Shown here piece after piece: positions 1-8,049 of a stretch of DNA of 20,000 nt (position 1 is the first letter of the stretch; each line of letters opens with the position of its first letter). Below the pieces are notes generated by a model that had not been told where the DNA came from, searched no databases, and saw only the letters and a list, made by a program, of their open reading frames with translations. The DNA lies in the IMG/VR virus record IMGVR_UViG_3300002231_004964, one strand, 5' to 3'. The translations under genes were made by a program, and so were the position numbers. Source of the DNA: an uncultured virus (IMG/VR IMGVR_UViG_3300002231_004964). Its lineage: Duplodnaviria > Heunggongvirae > Uroviricota > Caudoviricetes.

Positions 1-1105
1 CTGATTGTGAATTTCCATCCATCAAGAGAGCATCACAAACTACATTAGAGCGGCAGTTCTTTGCTTTGCGGGATATTTTTACCAACCCTCGGTATGAAGT
101 ACGCCCTCCATCCATACTAATACTTTTAGAGAGGATGTTTGAAGTTGTGTTTGATGCAAGATGATGAACTTTGGCTCCTGTGTCTTGATGCTGTCCTTCT
201 TTTGCATAAGCAACAGAAATTACTTCTGCATGGGCGTTTACTCCCTTTAGAAGAACGGCAGGATATTTCATTGTTAAGGACGAGCCAATGTTCCCATCTA
301 CCCATTCAATAATTGCATCCTTGTGGGCAACTGCTCTTTTGGTAACTAGGTTGAAAATATTATCCGACCAATTTTGAATAGTAGTATAACGGATGTGCGC
401 TCCCTCTAATGCTACTAATTCTACTACGGCTGAATGCAAACTGTTGGTAGAAAATGTTGGAGCGGTGCAACCTTCAATGTAGTGAATAGATGAGCCCTCA
501 TCAGCCACGATAAGAGTGCGTTCAAATTGACCCATATTTTCGCTAGCGATGAGAAAGTATGCTTGCACAGGTATGTCCACCTTTACGCCTTTAGGAACGT
601 AGATGAATGAACCTCCAGACCATACGGCAGTATTCAAAGCAGAGAATTTATTATCTGCACTTGGGACTACACTACCAAAATACTGTTTTACTATGTCAGG
701 GTGTTCTCGTAAACCTGAATCCATATCCATGAAAATAACACCTTGACTTTCTAAATCTTCCCTAATGGAATGATAAATAGACTCACTTTCGTATTGTGCA
801 GTTAGTCCTCCTAACCATTTCTGTTCGGCCTCTGGAATGCCTAATGCATCAAAAGTCTGTTTGATTTTATCAGGAACTTGGTCCCAATCTTGTTGGGTTT
901 CTCCAAGGACACGAAAATAGCAAATATCATTGAAATCTAAGGTATTCAATTTTTCAGTATTTCCCCATTGAGGTGTAGGTCGTTTGACAAACTGTTGGTA
1001 TGCTCTAACACGAATATCCGTCATCCAAGTAGGCTCACGCTTGTAATTAGAAATAGCCCTCACTACTTCTTCAGATAGCCCGTCATGAAGTTCATAACTT
1101 TCCAT
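1..1105 (-). CDS. sufB: Fe-S cluster assembly scaffold SufB (3' end runs off the window)
   Basis: Absent from the ORF track because it is truncated. Hand translation from the ATG at 1105 gives MESYELHDGLSEEVVRAISNYKREPTWM...GIPEAEQKWLGGLTAQYESE...DNKFSALNTAVWSGGSFIYVPKGVKVDIP...GQFERTLIVADEGSSIHYIEGCTAP...LHSAVVE...RYTTIQNWS...EWVDGNIGS..TMKYP...QHQDTGAK...SKSIS..GGRTSYRG, which are the canonical SufB motifs. A GGTGA RBS lies at 1111-1115. Confidence 0.96.
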   Translation of the reverse strand, partial: MESYELHDGLSEEVVRAISNYKREPTWMTDIRVRAYQQFVKRPTPQWGNTEKLNTLDFNDICYFRVLGETQQDWDQVPDKIKQTFDALGIPEAEQKWLGGLTAQYESESIYHSIREDLESQGVIFMDMDSGLREHPDIVKQYFGSVVPSADNKFSALNTAVWSGGSFIYVPKGVKVDIPVQAYFLIASENMGQFERTLIVADEGSSIHYIEGCTAPTFSTNSLHSAVVELVALEGAHIRYTTIQNWSDNIFNLVTKRAVAHKDAIIEWVDGNIGSSLTMKYPAVLLKGVNAHAEVISVAYAKEGQHQDTGAKVHHLASNTTSNILSKSISMDGGRTSYRGLVKISRKAKNCRSNVVCDALLMDGNSQS

Positions 1106-1152
1106 CTAAATCACCGTATCCACAATCGCAATACGAGTCATGTTGACTGTCC

Positions 1153-2901
1153 TTAACTTTCTAATTCGTCAAGGATACCGTCGCCATCATCATCCGTGTC
1201 GATGTAATCAGAGACGCCATCATTGTCGTGGTCAAATTGACCTGTCATGTTGTTACCGTCGTTGTTTTCGAACCAGTCAGAAAGACCGTCGTTATCATCG
1301 TCGGTATCAGTTGCGTCCCAAATACCATCATTGTCGTGGTCGTAACGATACTCACCCCAAGAACCGCCTACTTCATCCACGTCTAAAATGTTATCGTTGT
1401 CGTCGTCAGTATCAACTGAATCATTTAGACCATCATTATCGTGGTCACGACTTGCATCAGACCCATTTTCATATACGTCATTACGATTATCGATACCATC
1501 ATTATCGATATCAAAATCGAATCTGTCTTGGATGCCATCATTATCGTGGTCATAAATATCAGTGTTTGGATTACCATCGTTCACTTCTTCATCATCATTG
1601 ATACCATCGCCATCATCGTCATTATCTTCATGGTCGTCAATACCATCATTGTCGTGGTCGTTTGGCGATTCGTCTTGGGAATCAGGGATTCCATCGTTAT
1701 CATCATCATTGTCTAATACATCGGGGATGCCGTCGCCATCGTTGTCATTGTCACCGTTTTGTTCCTGGTTGTCAATTTGTTGACCTTGTTGTTGGTCTGA
1801 TTGTTGACCTTGTTGACCTTGTTGCCCATTCTGAGTTTGACCTTGCTGTTGTTGGTTTTGACCATTTTGGTTCTGACCACCTTGGTTTTGTTGCTCTTGT
1901 TGACCTTGTTGACCACCTTGCTCACCACCATTTTGTTGCTGACCTTGACCGTTATCTTGTTGTTGACCTTGCTGACCTTGCTGACCTTGCTGACCACTTT
2001 GGCCTTGTCCAGTTTGTTGTCCTTGTTGGCCTGCTTGTCCCTGTTGGCCTTGCTGACCTTGCTGTCCTTGCTGGCCTTGCTGACCTTGTTGACCTTGACC
2101 TTGTCCCTGCCCTTGACCTTGTCCCTGGTTCTGACCTTGCCCCTGACCTTGTCCTTGACCTTGACCCTGGCCCTGACCTTGGCCTTGACCTTGGCCTTNA
2201 CCTTGGCCTTGTCCTTGGCCTTGTCCTTGGCCCTGTCCTTGGCCTTGTCCTTGTCCTTGTCCTTGGCCTTGTCCTTGGCCTTGTCCTTGGCCTTGACCCT
2301 GTCCTTGACCTTGTCCTTGTCCTTGGCCTTCACCTTGTCCATTGTCGTTGGATTCGCCACCGCCTTCTGTACCTCCATTACCTGAACCTGCTTGAGATTC
2401 TTGATAATCAGGGTCATAAGCATCGGGAATTCCATCACCATCGGAGTCACTAAACTCTCCATCATTCGGGTCGTTAGGATACGGGTCGCTACCATCTGGT
2501 TTACCGTCACCATCAGTGTCGGCTGAGTTTGGGTTTGTTCCGCGTTGATATTCTTGCGAGTTAGTTAACCCGTCACCATCAGGGTCTCCATTGGCATCTC
2601 CACCATTCAGTGGGTCTAAACCATGATTAACTTCCCAACCATCGGGTAATCCGTCGCCATCAGTATCGGGATTATTGAAATTCGTTCCTTCGTTTTGTTC
2701 TTCCGCATTAGTTAAACCGTCACCGTCCCAATCGGCCCCACCATCAGATGGGTCTAAGGGGTCAGTGCCGTCAGCCGCCACCACACCTGCAGACATTGCA
2801 AGCATAAGGGCAGTCAAAATTGTTAACAATACGCGCTTCGTTCTAGATTCTTTTACATTCTCCATATTTTCACTTACTTGTGTTCGTTCTAGGAAACCCA
2901 C
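1153..2901 (-). CDS. Secreted or membrane-anchored acidic Ca-binding repeat protein (thrombospondin type 3-like DxDxDG repeats) with a central Gly-Gln low-complexity linker
   Basis: N-terminal basic plus hydrophobic segment (KRVLLTILTALMLAMSAGVVAA) is signal-peptide-like. N-terminal repeats are DxDGDGL/GTNP...DTDGDG and C-terminal repeats are DHDNDG/DDDNDG, with (GQ)n and GQQ tracts between them. The start could be GTG 2901 (GAGGAG upstream) or ATG 2865. Confidence 0.8.
   Translation of the reverse strand: MGFLERTQVSENMENVKESRTKRVLLTILTALMLAMSAGVVAADGTDPLDPSDGGADWDGDGLTNAEEQNEGTNFNNPDTDGDGLPDGWEVNHGLDPLNGGDANGDPDGDGLTNSQEYQRGTNPNSADTDGDGKPDGSDPYPNDPNDGEFSDSDGDGIPDAYDPDYQESQAGSGNGGTEGGGESNDNGQGEGQGQGQGQGQGQGQGQGQGQGQGQGQGQGQGQGQGQGQGQGQGXGQGQGQGQGQGQGQGQGQGQGQNQGQGQGQGQGQGQQGQQGQQGQQGQQGQQGQAGQQGQQTGQGQSGQQGQQGQQGQQQDNGQGQQQNGGEQGGQQGQQEQQNQGGQNQNGQNQQQQGQTQNGQQGQQGQQSDQQQGQQIDNQEQNGDNDNDGDGIPDVLDNDDDNDGIPDSQDESPNDHDNDGIDDHEDNDDDGDGINDDEEVNDGNPNTDIYDHDNDGIQDRFDFDIDNDGIDNRNDVYENGSDASRDHDNDGLNDSVDTDDDNDNILDVDEVGGSWGEYRYDHDNDGIWDATDTDDDNDGLSDWFENNDGNNMTGQFDHDNDGVSDYIDTDDDGDGILDELES
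1780..2094 (-). repeat. Degenerate 9-bp coding repeat encoding Gly-Gln-Gln and a Q/N-rich tract
   Basis: Plus-strand units such as ccttgctga/ccttgttga translate to GQQGQQGQQ... on the minus strand. Confidence 0.85.
2095..2340 (-). repeat. Coding tandem repeat, 6-bp unit (plus-strand ccttgt/ccttgg/ccttga) encoding (Gly-Gln)n
   Basis: Directly visible hexamer array whose third codon positions vary synonymously, so the repeat is maintained at the protein level. Confidence 0.95.
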
Positions 2902-2959
2902 TGTCTCCTCTAACTAATTAATAAGGTTATTCTACTATTTAAGAGTATGCGCTTGGTGC

Positions 2960-3499
2960 TCACAACTCTTCGGCGATTACTATACCGCCGAAAACGAGTA
3001 AAGGAATTAAAAAGAGAGTAGCCACACCTAGACCCAAGGCTTTAGCCCTGTCCTCGGTTATAGATAAAGCGAAATCGGAAACTACCATAGGAACAGCAAC
3101 AAAGTTACTTACGGCTAAAGAAAGAATGAAGAAGGGTGGAACGATACCTGATACTAATTCATGAGAATGGAAAAACGGGTCTCCGTCTTCATCTTTGACA
3201 TAGGTAGGAATGTACGCCAGTAAATAAGAAAATGCAAATAAGAGAAATTCTAATTTAATGAATCTTTTCAATGGACTACCCGAAACTAACCAACCACCGT
3301 CACTGGACATAATCCATTTCACACCTCGCTCGACAACTCCAACCAGTATATACGAACCCAACAGAATTAAAATTCCAATCACTAAGGCACGAGAACCGTA
3401 GTTAATATCTATCCGAGTAGTTTCAGATAGATAAGGCCAAACAATTAATCCGATACCTAAGACAGATGCGGTTAATGGAAGCAATGAACTAGCCGACAT
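2960..3499 (-). CDS. Multi-pass membrane protein of unknown function (paralog of 3501-4034)
   Basis: About five hydrophobic segments. Shares WPYLSE after the first TM and the VPMVVSDFALSITEDRAKA segment with its neighbour. Confidence 0.75.
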   Translation of the reverse strand: MSASSLLPLTASVLGIGLIVWPYLSETTRIDINYGSRALVIGILILLGSYILVGVVERGVKWIMSSDGGWLVSGSPLKRFIKLEFLLFAFSYLLAYIPTYVKDEDGDPFFHSHELVSGIVPPFFILSLAVSNFVAVPMVVSDFALSITEDRAKALGLGVATLFLIPLLVFGGIVIAEEL

Positions 3500-3500
3500 C

Positions 3501-4034
3501 CTAAATTAACCCCCACCAATCATTGTCCGCAGAAACCCATCCAAAAGCCCCCGCCGTTGCGGCTAATGTTATCATACCTGCAGCCGTAGCCATTTCTCGA
3601 TTATCAGTTGCTTCCAAGAATAATTTCGAAACGACGATAGGGATGAGGACAGTATTTGTACTAAAGAAAGTTAGGGCTCCAACATCATTCGGGTGTGGTG
3701 ATGGCAACTGATTCAACGAATTGGCTAATAAACTTAAGCCCGCAGACCCTGCAATAATTAAGACTTCCGTTGCTAAGAATTTAAACACCGTTGGCCAAAA
3801 ACCTGTTGTGCCCGTCCAAATTGAGTGACCTGTGTAAACTACTGCGATTGAGATAAGGACAACGGATGAGCAGATAACCAACGGTTCGATACTATCCTGT
3901 AAAAAATCCACCGAGCCTGACGCGACGTCTTTCGGAATATCTCGTTTCGATTCGGATAAGTATGGCCAAGCCCTATATCCAAGATAACCTCCCAAGGCAA
4001 TCATAGGAAATACAGGTAAACCTAAGACCATCAA
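3501..4034 (-). CDS. Multi-pass membrane protein of unknown function (paralog of 2960-3499)
   Basis: About five hydrophobic segments, with WPYLSE and IPIVVSKLFLEATDNREMA. The start may be ATG 4031. A TAAATAG box lies at 4055-4061. Confidence 0.75.
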   Translation of the reverse strand: MMVLGLPVFPMIALGGYLGYRAWPYLSESKRDIPKDVASGSVDFLQDSIEPLVICSSVVLISIAVVYTGHSIWTGTTGFWPTVFKFLATEVLIIAGSAGLSLLANSLNQLPSPHPNDVGALTFFSTNTVLIPIVVSKLFLEATDNREMATAAGMITLAATAGAFGWVSADNDWWGLI

Positions 4035-4058
4035 ACTTAAGATAACCGACGCGACTAT

Positions 4059-4865
4059 TTAGTGTTGTCGTTCTGGAACCCAATGCGTAGTTCGCTTGTC
4101 TCGAGTTTCTTCTCGAACCACTCGAAAACCTTCAGGGTCTGTCTTTCGACGATAAACTAAGAACTTAAAATTATACGTTCCTGTTGAACCATCAGGTAAC
4201 TCATAGGTAGATATCCTCGCACCGCGTGAAGCGTATGAGGCTCTAATCACCCACTTCGTTTCCTGGTTTAATCGAACTAATTCTTCATCGGTTAAACTAC
4301 TATTCACCCTATGTGGCGAAATTCCTGCTCGATACAAAGCCTCGGCCTTGATGTAATTGCCAACACCTGCTAAGACCTTTTGGTCCATCAGTGATTGCAC
4401 CACAGTTCGATTAGGATAGCGCCTCATACAATGCATGAAAGTTTCATCGGAAACATCTTCGGCCAAAATATCAGGACCTAACGAGGCTAACTTTTTCTCA
4501 AACTCATCATTCGAGGAACAAAATCTAAAAGTTCCGAAACGCCGCATATCTTTGTAATGCATCTTTCCTTTCGAAGTATGAAACGTCAACATAGTATGCT
4601 TGACCTTATTCTTTCGCCAAGTTCCCGACATGCCTAATGTATTCCACACAGTCCATCCATTCTCTAAGGTAAAGTAAATAAACTTACCTTTGCATTGTAC
4701 GGATTCGATTTGCAATGGGAGGGCGGATTGAAACTCCGCCACCTCCCCTCGCAGTTGCTTTTCCCCATATCGAGGAACAACGACTTCAATAGATTCTAAA
4801 GTAGTATCCTGGAAAAAATCGTTGATACGTTCTGTAATCCGTTTTACTTCGGGACCTTCAGGCAC
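4059..4865 (-). CDS. Fpg/Nei-family DNA glycosylase/AP lyase, zinc-less finger type
   Basis: True start is GTG 4865, giving MPEGPEV (catalytic Pro2/Glu3), with a GAGGTG RBS at 4872-4877. Other motifs: KGKF, LGMSG, DMRRFG, LGPD and the H2TH motif LMDQKVLAGVGNYIKAEALY. The C-terminus RTTHWVPERQ has no Zn-binding Cys. The 290-aa ORF in the track starts too early. Confidence 0.93.
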   Translation of the reverse strand: MPEGPEVKRITERINDFFQDTTLESIEVVVPRYGEKQLRGEVAEFQSALPLQIESVQCKGKFIYFTLENGWTVWNTLGMSGTWRKNKVKHTMLTFHTSKGKMHYKDMRRFGTFRFCSSNDEFEKKLASLGPDILAEDVSDETFMHCMRRYPNRTVVQSLMDQKVLAGVGNYIKAEALYRAGISPHRVNSSLTDEELVRLNQETKWVIRASYASRGARISTYELPDGSTGTYNFKFLVYRRKTDPEGFRVVREETRDKRTTHWVPERQH

Positions 4866-4875
4866 GTAAACCACC

Positions 4876-5082
4876 TCAAGGACGGTTAGTGCAAACGTAA
4901 CGCATGTATCGTTGACCCATACCATCGACACGCCAAACGTGTTCGAATTGGTAACCCAACTTCTTCAAATCCATAATACGACGTGGTAGACTGCGAATCT
5001 TATAGACGCTCGCAGCCTCAACAGGCGTAATACTAGTTTCGTTCTCAAAATGCTTTCTCAATAATTCTACTTGTGACATCAT
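4876..5082 (-). CDS. Small helix-turn-helix DNA-binding protein (phage HTH_39-like)
   Basis: SITPVEAASVYKIRSLPRRIMDLKKLGY fits the IT.xEA...LxxRIxDLRxxG pattern of small phage winged-HTH proteins. GGAGG RBS and a TTATAAG box lie upstream. Confidence 0.75.
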   Translation of the reverse strand: MMSQVELLRKHFENETSITPVEAASVYKIRSLPRRIMDLKKLGYQFEHVWRVDGMGQRYMRYVCTNRP

Positions 5083-5127
5083 TCGACCTCCAATTTACTG
5101 TTGGTCATACACCCTTATAAGAGTTTC

Positions 5128-5790
5128 TTAGTATTGTGCTTGAGGATAGTTGAGAGTTCTTTTGGATATTCGAGAAAACAAACTAGGTCCTAAATAGATT
5201 GTTGAGTAATCTTCAATATAAGTAAATCCGTATCGAGGGTTGATGAAAATCTCTTCTAAATTATTCAGCACATCCTCAAATACATAAGTATCACCACTTT
5301 CCAAAGCCTCCTCCAACCGATTTATATCTAGACTTTCTAAATATGGATTTATTAAAATTGCACGTCCCGTATCATATAAATACATTAAAGAAGGGGTAGC
5401 ACTCGCATAAAATGCATCAGGACCCTGACTTTTTACCATAAGTGTTTCTAATGAAGTTCCCTTTTCTTCTTTAGGTGTCGGCCAAACTAAATACCAACCT
5501 AAAGTGTCGGAAAAACGCTCTTTAGAAACTACTTCATAATCCTTGTAAAGTTCGAAAAGTGACAAAAGATTCTCATAAATTTGTAGTTTTTCCCTCTTTG
5601 GTAGTGTAAATGAATAATAACTGTTTGAACTCGAATTACGATTCTCCTTAGAAATAGAATAGATACCAAGACGCCTTAATGTTTCTAAAAAGTTACGTCT
5701 ATGCATGGGATATTCAGCAGGAATCCAAGGAAGTGGAACATCATTATAAGGTTTAGAAAATACATAATCTTCCAATGAATTGAATTCCAT
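5128..5790 (-). CDS. Hypothetical protein
   Basis: Long open frame with no recognisable motif. Start moved to ATG 5790 (MEFNSLEDY) because the TATA box at 5812-5820 has the same spacing as at other genes. Confidence 0.65.
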   Translation of the reverse strand: MEFNSLEDYVFSKPYNDVPLPWIPAEYPMHRRNFLETLRRLGIYSISKENRNSSSNSYYSFTLPKREKLQIYENLLSLFELYKDYEVVSKERFSDTLGWYLVWPTPKEEKGTSLETLMVKSQGPDAFYASATPSLMYLYDTGRAILINPYLESLDINRLEEALESGDTYVFEDVLNNLEEIFINPRYGFTYIEDYSTIYLGPSLFSRISKRTLNYPQAQY

Positions 5791-5811
5791 ACGAAGGAAT
5801 AATCTCATCAA

Positions 5812-5820
5812 CTATATAAT
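5812..5820 (-). promoter_or_regulatory. Archaeal TATA-like box ATTATATAG
   Basis: Located at -30..-22 relative to ATG 5790, the same spacing as the boxes before 6465, 10140 and 19069. Confidence 0.65.
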
Positions 5821-5825
5821 ACGTT

Positions 5826-6413
5826 CTATTCTAGACGAACCGTTCGCCACTCGACATGTCCTGCCTCAATCAAGTCCCGTATACGCCGTTGTTTCGTAGT
5901 CAAATTAGATTTGCCCGCCTTAACATCTAAGAATACTACTTTACCATCAAGTAAATTATCTTCTTTATTCGTCGAGTAGTGCCAAACTATGTAGTCGATA
6001 GGACTACCTAAGAATGACCAATTTTCAATCTTCCAATCGGTATCAATTTCAGGATGGTCTAGAAACGGAGCCCATTTTTCAAGGGCTTGGCCTTTCGAAG
6101 TAGCCTGTGAAGCCGCACGTCCTTTTTGATGGCGAACTTCATTGTGCAAACGCTCTATTTCATTGATGTAAGTGTCAATCATTTCTGATTGACGGTCACG
6201 TTCCGTGCGTAGTTCTGATAATTGCGCTCGTTGTTCTGCCAAACTAGATTCGAACGTTTGCGTCACGAGTTCCACATTCGCGTCGGATTGTTCGAGTGTT
6301 CGCAGTTCGTCGGCGTGACGTTGTTTTAGGGTTTGAATGAAATGCCAAGAGACTAAGCCGATAAAAAGAGCGAAAACGAGGAAATAGAACCACATGCAAG
6401 TACGGTATCGCAT
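5826..6413 (-). CDS. Membrane-anchored endonuclease related to archaeal Holliday junction resolvase (Endonuc_Holl-like, PD-(D/E)xK)
   Basis: N-terminal TM and coiled coil, followed by FLGSPIDYIVW...VVFLDVKAGKSNLTTKQRRIRDLIEAGHVEW, the family signature FLGxPxDxxxF...F.EVKxG...L...Q..IR..I..G.V.W. Confidence 0.88.
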   Translation of the reverse strand: MRYRTCMWFYFLVFALFIGLVSWHFIQTLKQRHADELRTLEQSDANVELVTQTFESSLAEQRAQLSELRTERDRQSEMIDTYINEIERLHNEVRHQKGRAASQATSKGQALEKWAPFLDHPEIDTDWKIENWSFLGSPIDYIVWHYSTNKEDNLLDGKVVFLDVKAGKSNLTTKQRRIRDLIEAGHVEWRTVRLE

Positions 6414-6435
6414 GATAAGGTATTTGAAAGTTCTC

Positions 6436-6444
6436 TTTATATAG
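6436..6444. promoter_or_regulatory. Shared bidirectional archaeal TATA box (TTTATATA / TATATAAA)
   Basis: Sits in the 51-bp divergent gap, at -29..-22 to ATG 6465 (+) and -30..-23 to ATG 6413 (-). Confidence 0.7.
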
Positions 6445-6464
6445 TAGAATGACGTAGAACAAGT

Positions 6465-7109
6465 ATGGTAAAAGTTTACGCTAATCCTGAACTCTTACCG
6501 ATGTTTAATTTATGGCTAGAGCAAACAGGTTCTGAGGCGCTGTCTAATCAATCTCCTTTAACCTATGGTGATGCACAATATTATCTATTTATTCGAGCAT
6601 TAGACGAAGGCAGTAATTGGTCAAATTACGACATGTGGTCTGTCTTAGACGAGTATTATGGAGATAACCCCGATTATAACTGGTGGAAAAACGGCCGTAA
6701 ACCTCATATGACCATTGCAGGATTGGAAACCTCGTTTGGAAGACGAGAAAATCTTGAAGAAAAATTAGCGGAAATAATCAAGAGTGACCGAGGGTGGGAT
6801 GAGCCGCTATTTGATGTCGAAGTCGTCGAGCCATTTGAAAACATGTTGGAGTGGATACAGGCGACGCCCGAACGACGCTTGGATTATGAAGAAAGAATCA
6901 AGGCTACTCCCGACACTTTAAGGAAAAACGGCGAGATGGTGTTTTCCCTTTACATGACAGGAAATTATGTAACTCTTCTTAGTCTAGGCGATTCGGAGGT
7001 CGGAGAGGCTTGGCTCAATTCCATTTACTTTACGCTTCGACCTGGTAAAGCGTGGCCTAAACCGATACCTCGGAATCGAACTATAAACCACCCAGGAGGG
7101 ATTCTATGA
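6465..7109 (+). CDS. Hypothetical protein
   Basis: 214-aa ORF with ATG at leaderless spacing from the TATA box. ATGA overlap with the next gene. Confidence 0.7.
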   Translation: MVKVYANPELLPMFNLWLEQTGSEALSNQSPLTYGDAQYYLFIRALDEGSNWSNYDMWSVLDEYYGDNPDYNWWKNGRKPHMTIAGLETSFGRRENLEEKLAEIIKSDRGWDEPLFDVEVVEPFENMLEWIQATPERRLDYEERIKATPDTLRKNGEMVFSLYMTGNYVTLLSLGDSEVGEAWLNSIYFTLRPGKAWPKPIPRNRTINHPGGIL

Positions 7110-7888
7110 TTACGAGTTTGAATTTCCCGCAATCCATTTCATGGCTACACCGATATCGTTCACCCGATTACGAACAGTCTCTCTTTAAAGGCATTCCGAT
7201 TACTTATCGGTATCATCCTGCCGTTCTACGATTGATTAGGGGTGATAACGAACGAGGAGTAAGACTACGTCCAAGATATCGAGGCAAGTCGAAACCCGAT
7301 ATCGGGTATAAGCGACGCCAAAGTTATGTAACCGAGGAGTTTGCAGATACCTTTGCATTATACCCTGTTTCAAATTATCGAGCAGAGACATCTTTAAGTA
7401 GTCGAACGGCTGAAACTACTAGTATGAACGAACCTGTCACTTATCCTGTCGGTAATGGAAATGTCATCGGTAGCCACTCTGCTCAAGATTTTGTATGGGC
7501 AGGACGAGCCGAGGGCGCTCAAGAACAAGCCACTGGCGAAACTGCTACTCACACTCCAATGTCGGAAGAACCTTACACTGGACCAATCACTGAACCTCTT
7601 GGTTCGGATGTTCACTTTGGGGCTGAAGGAAGAAAGATGAGTTGGCCTATGGCCTTTGGTATTGTCGGAGTTGTCGTTGCTATTACAGGAGTCGTATCAT
7701 TAATATTCGGAAAATGGATTGAAGACGTTCCTGTAATTGGTAGTGTGGTCAAGGCCGTTCGTTCCTCTTGGGATGCTAAGAACACACCACAAGCCATTTG
7801 GATGTTGTCTACTATTGCATTAGTGGGTTATCTAGGTGCGTATACTTGGGTTAATCAAATGCAACTTCGTGCTAGATTAGCAGTTTAA
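7106..7888 (+). CDS. Hypothetical membrane protein with several x-x-A-E motifs and two C-terminal TM helices
   Basis: GGAGG RBS upstream. Basic N-terminal domain, then NYRAE, SRTAE, AGRAE and HFGAE in a low-complexity linker, then two hydrophobic helices. Confidence 0.75.
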   Translation: MITSLNFPQSISWLHRYRSPDYEQSLFKGIPITYRYHPAVLRLIRGDNERGVRLRPRYRGKSKPDIGYKRRQSYVTEEFADTFALYPVSNYRAETSLSSRTAETTSMNEPVTYPVGNGNVIGSHSAQDFVWAGRAEGAQEQATGETATHTPMSEEPYTGPITEPLGSDVHFGAEGRKMSWPMAFGIVGVVVAITGVVSLIFGKWIEDVPVIGSVVKAVRSSWDAKNTPQAIWMLSTIALVGYLGAYTWVNQMQLRARLAV

Positions 7889-7897
7889 GGTGATTAA

Positions 7898-8047
7898 ATG
7901 AGCCTCATTAAAGACATCGCAATCGGAACAGTTGTATTCTTCGGCCTGTCTTTTTTAGCCAAAAAGGGCGTAGAACTTAAAAACAGTGCTGAAACTAAGG
8001 NTGCCGAAGGTTGCGGTTGTGGAAACGGCGCAATCGAGGTGAACTGA
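7898..8047 (+). CDS. Small 49-aa membrane protein ending in AE-GCGCG (below the ORF-track cutoff)
   Basis: GGTGA RBS immediately upstream. Translation MSLIKDIAIGTVVFFGLSFLAKKGVELKNSAETKXAEGCGCGNGAIEVN fills the gap exactly up to the convergent ligase gene. Confidence 0.7.
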   Translation: MSLIKDIAIGTVVFFGLSFLAKKGVELKNSAETKXAEGCGCGNGAIEVN

Positions 8048-8049
8048 AA

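Noticed and set aside
1780..2340. Possible CRISPR array or non-coding satellite
   Set aside because: Units are 6-9 bp with no unique spacers and lie in frame within a protein.
1140..2917. Overlapping ORFs of 153, 91, 73, 263, 266, 194 and 80 aa (poly-LT, poly-KDKA, His/Arg-rich)
   Set aside because: They are alternative-frame and antisense shadows of the repetitive 582-aa gene. Only the GQ/DxDxDG frame shows synonymous variation and a signal peptide.
4866..4931. N-terminal extension of the 290-aa Fpg/Nei ORF
   Set aside because: Fpg/Nei needs an N-terminal Pro. GTG 4865 has an RBS, and the extension overlaps the HTH gene.
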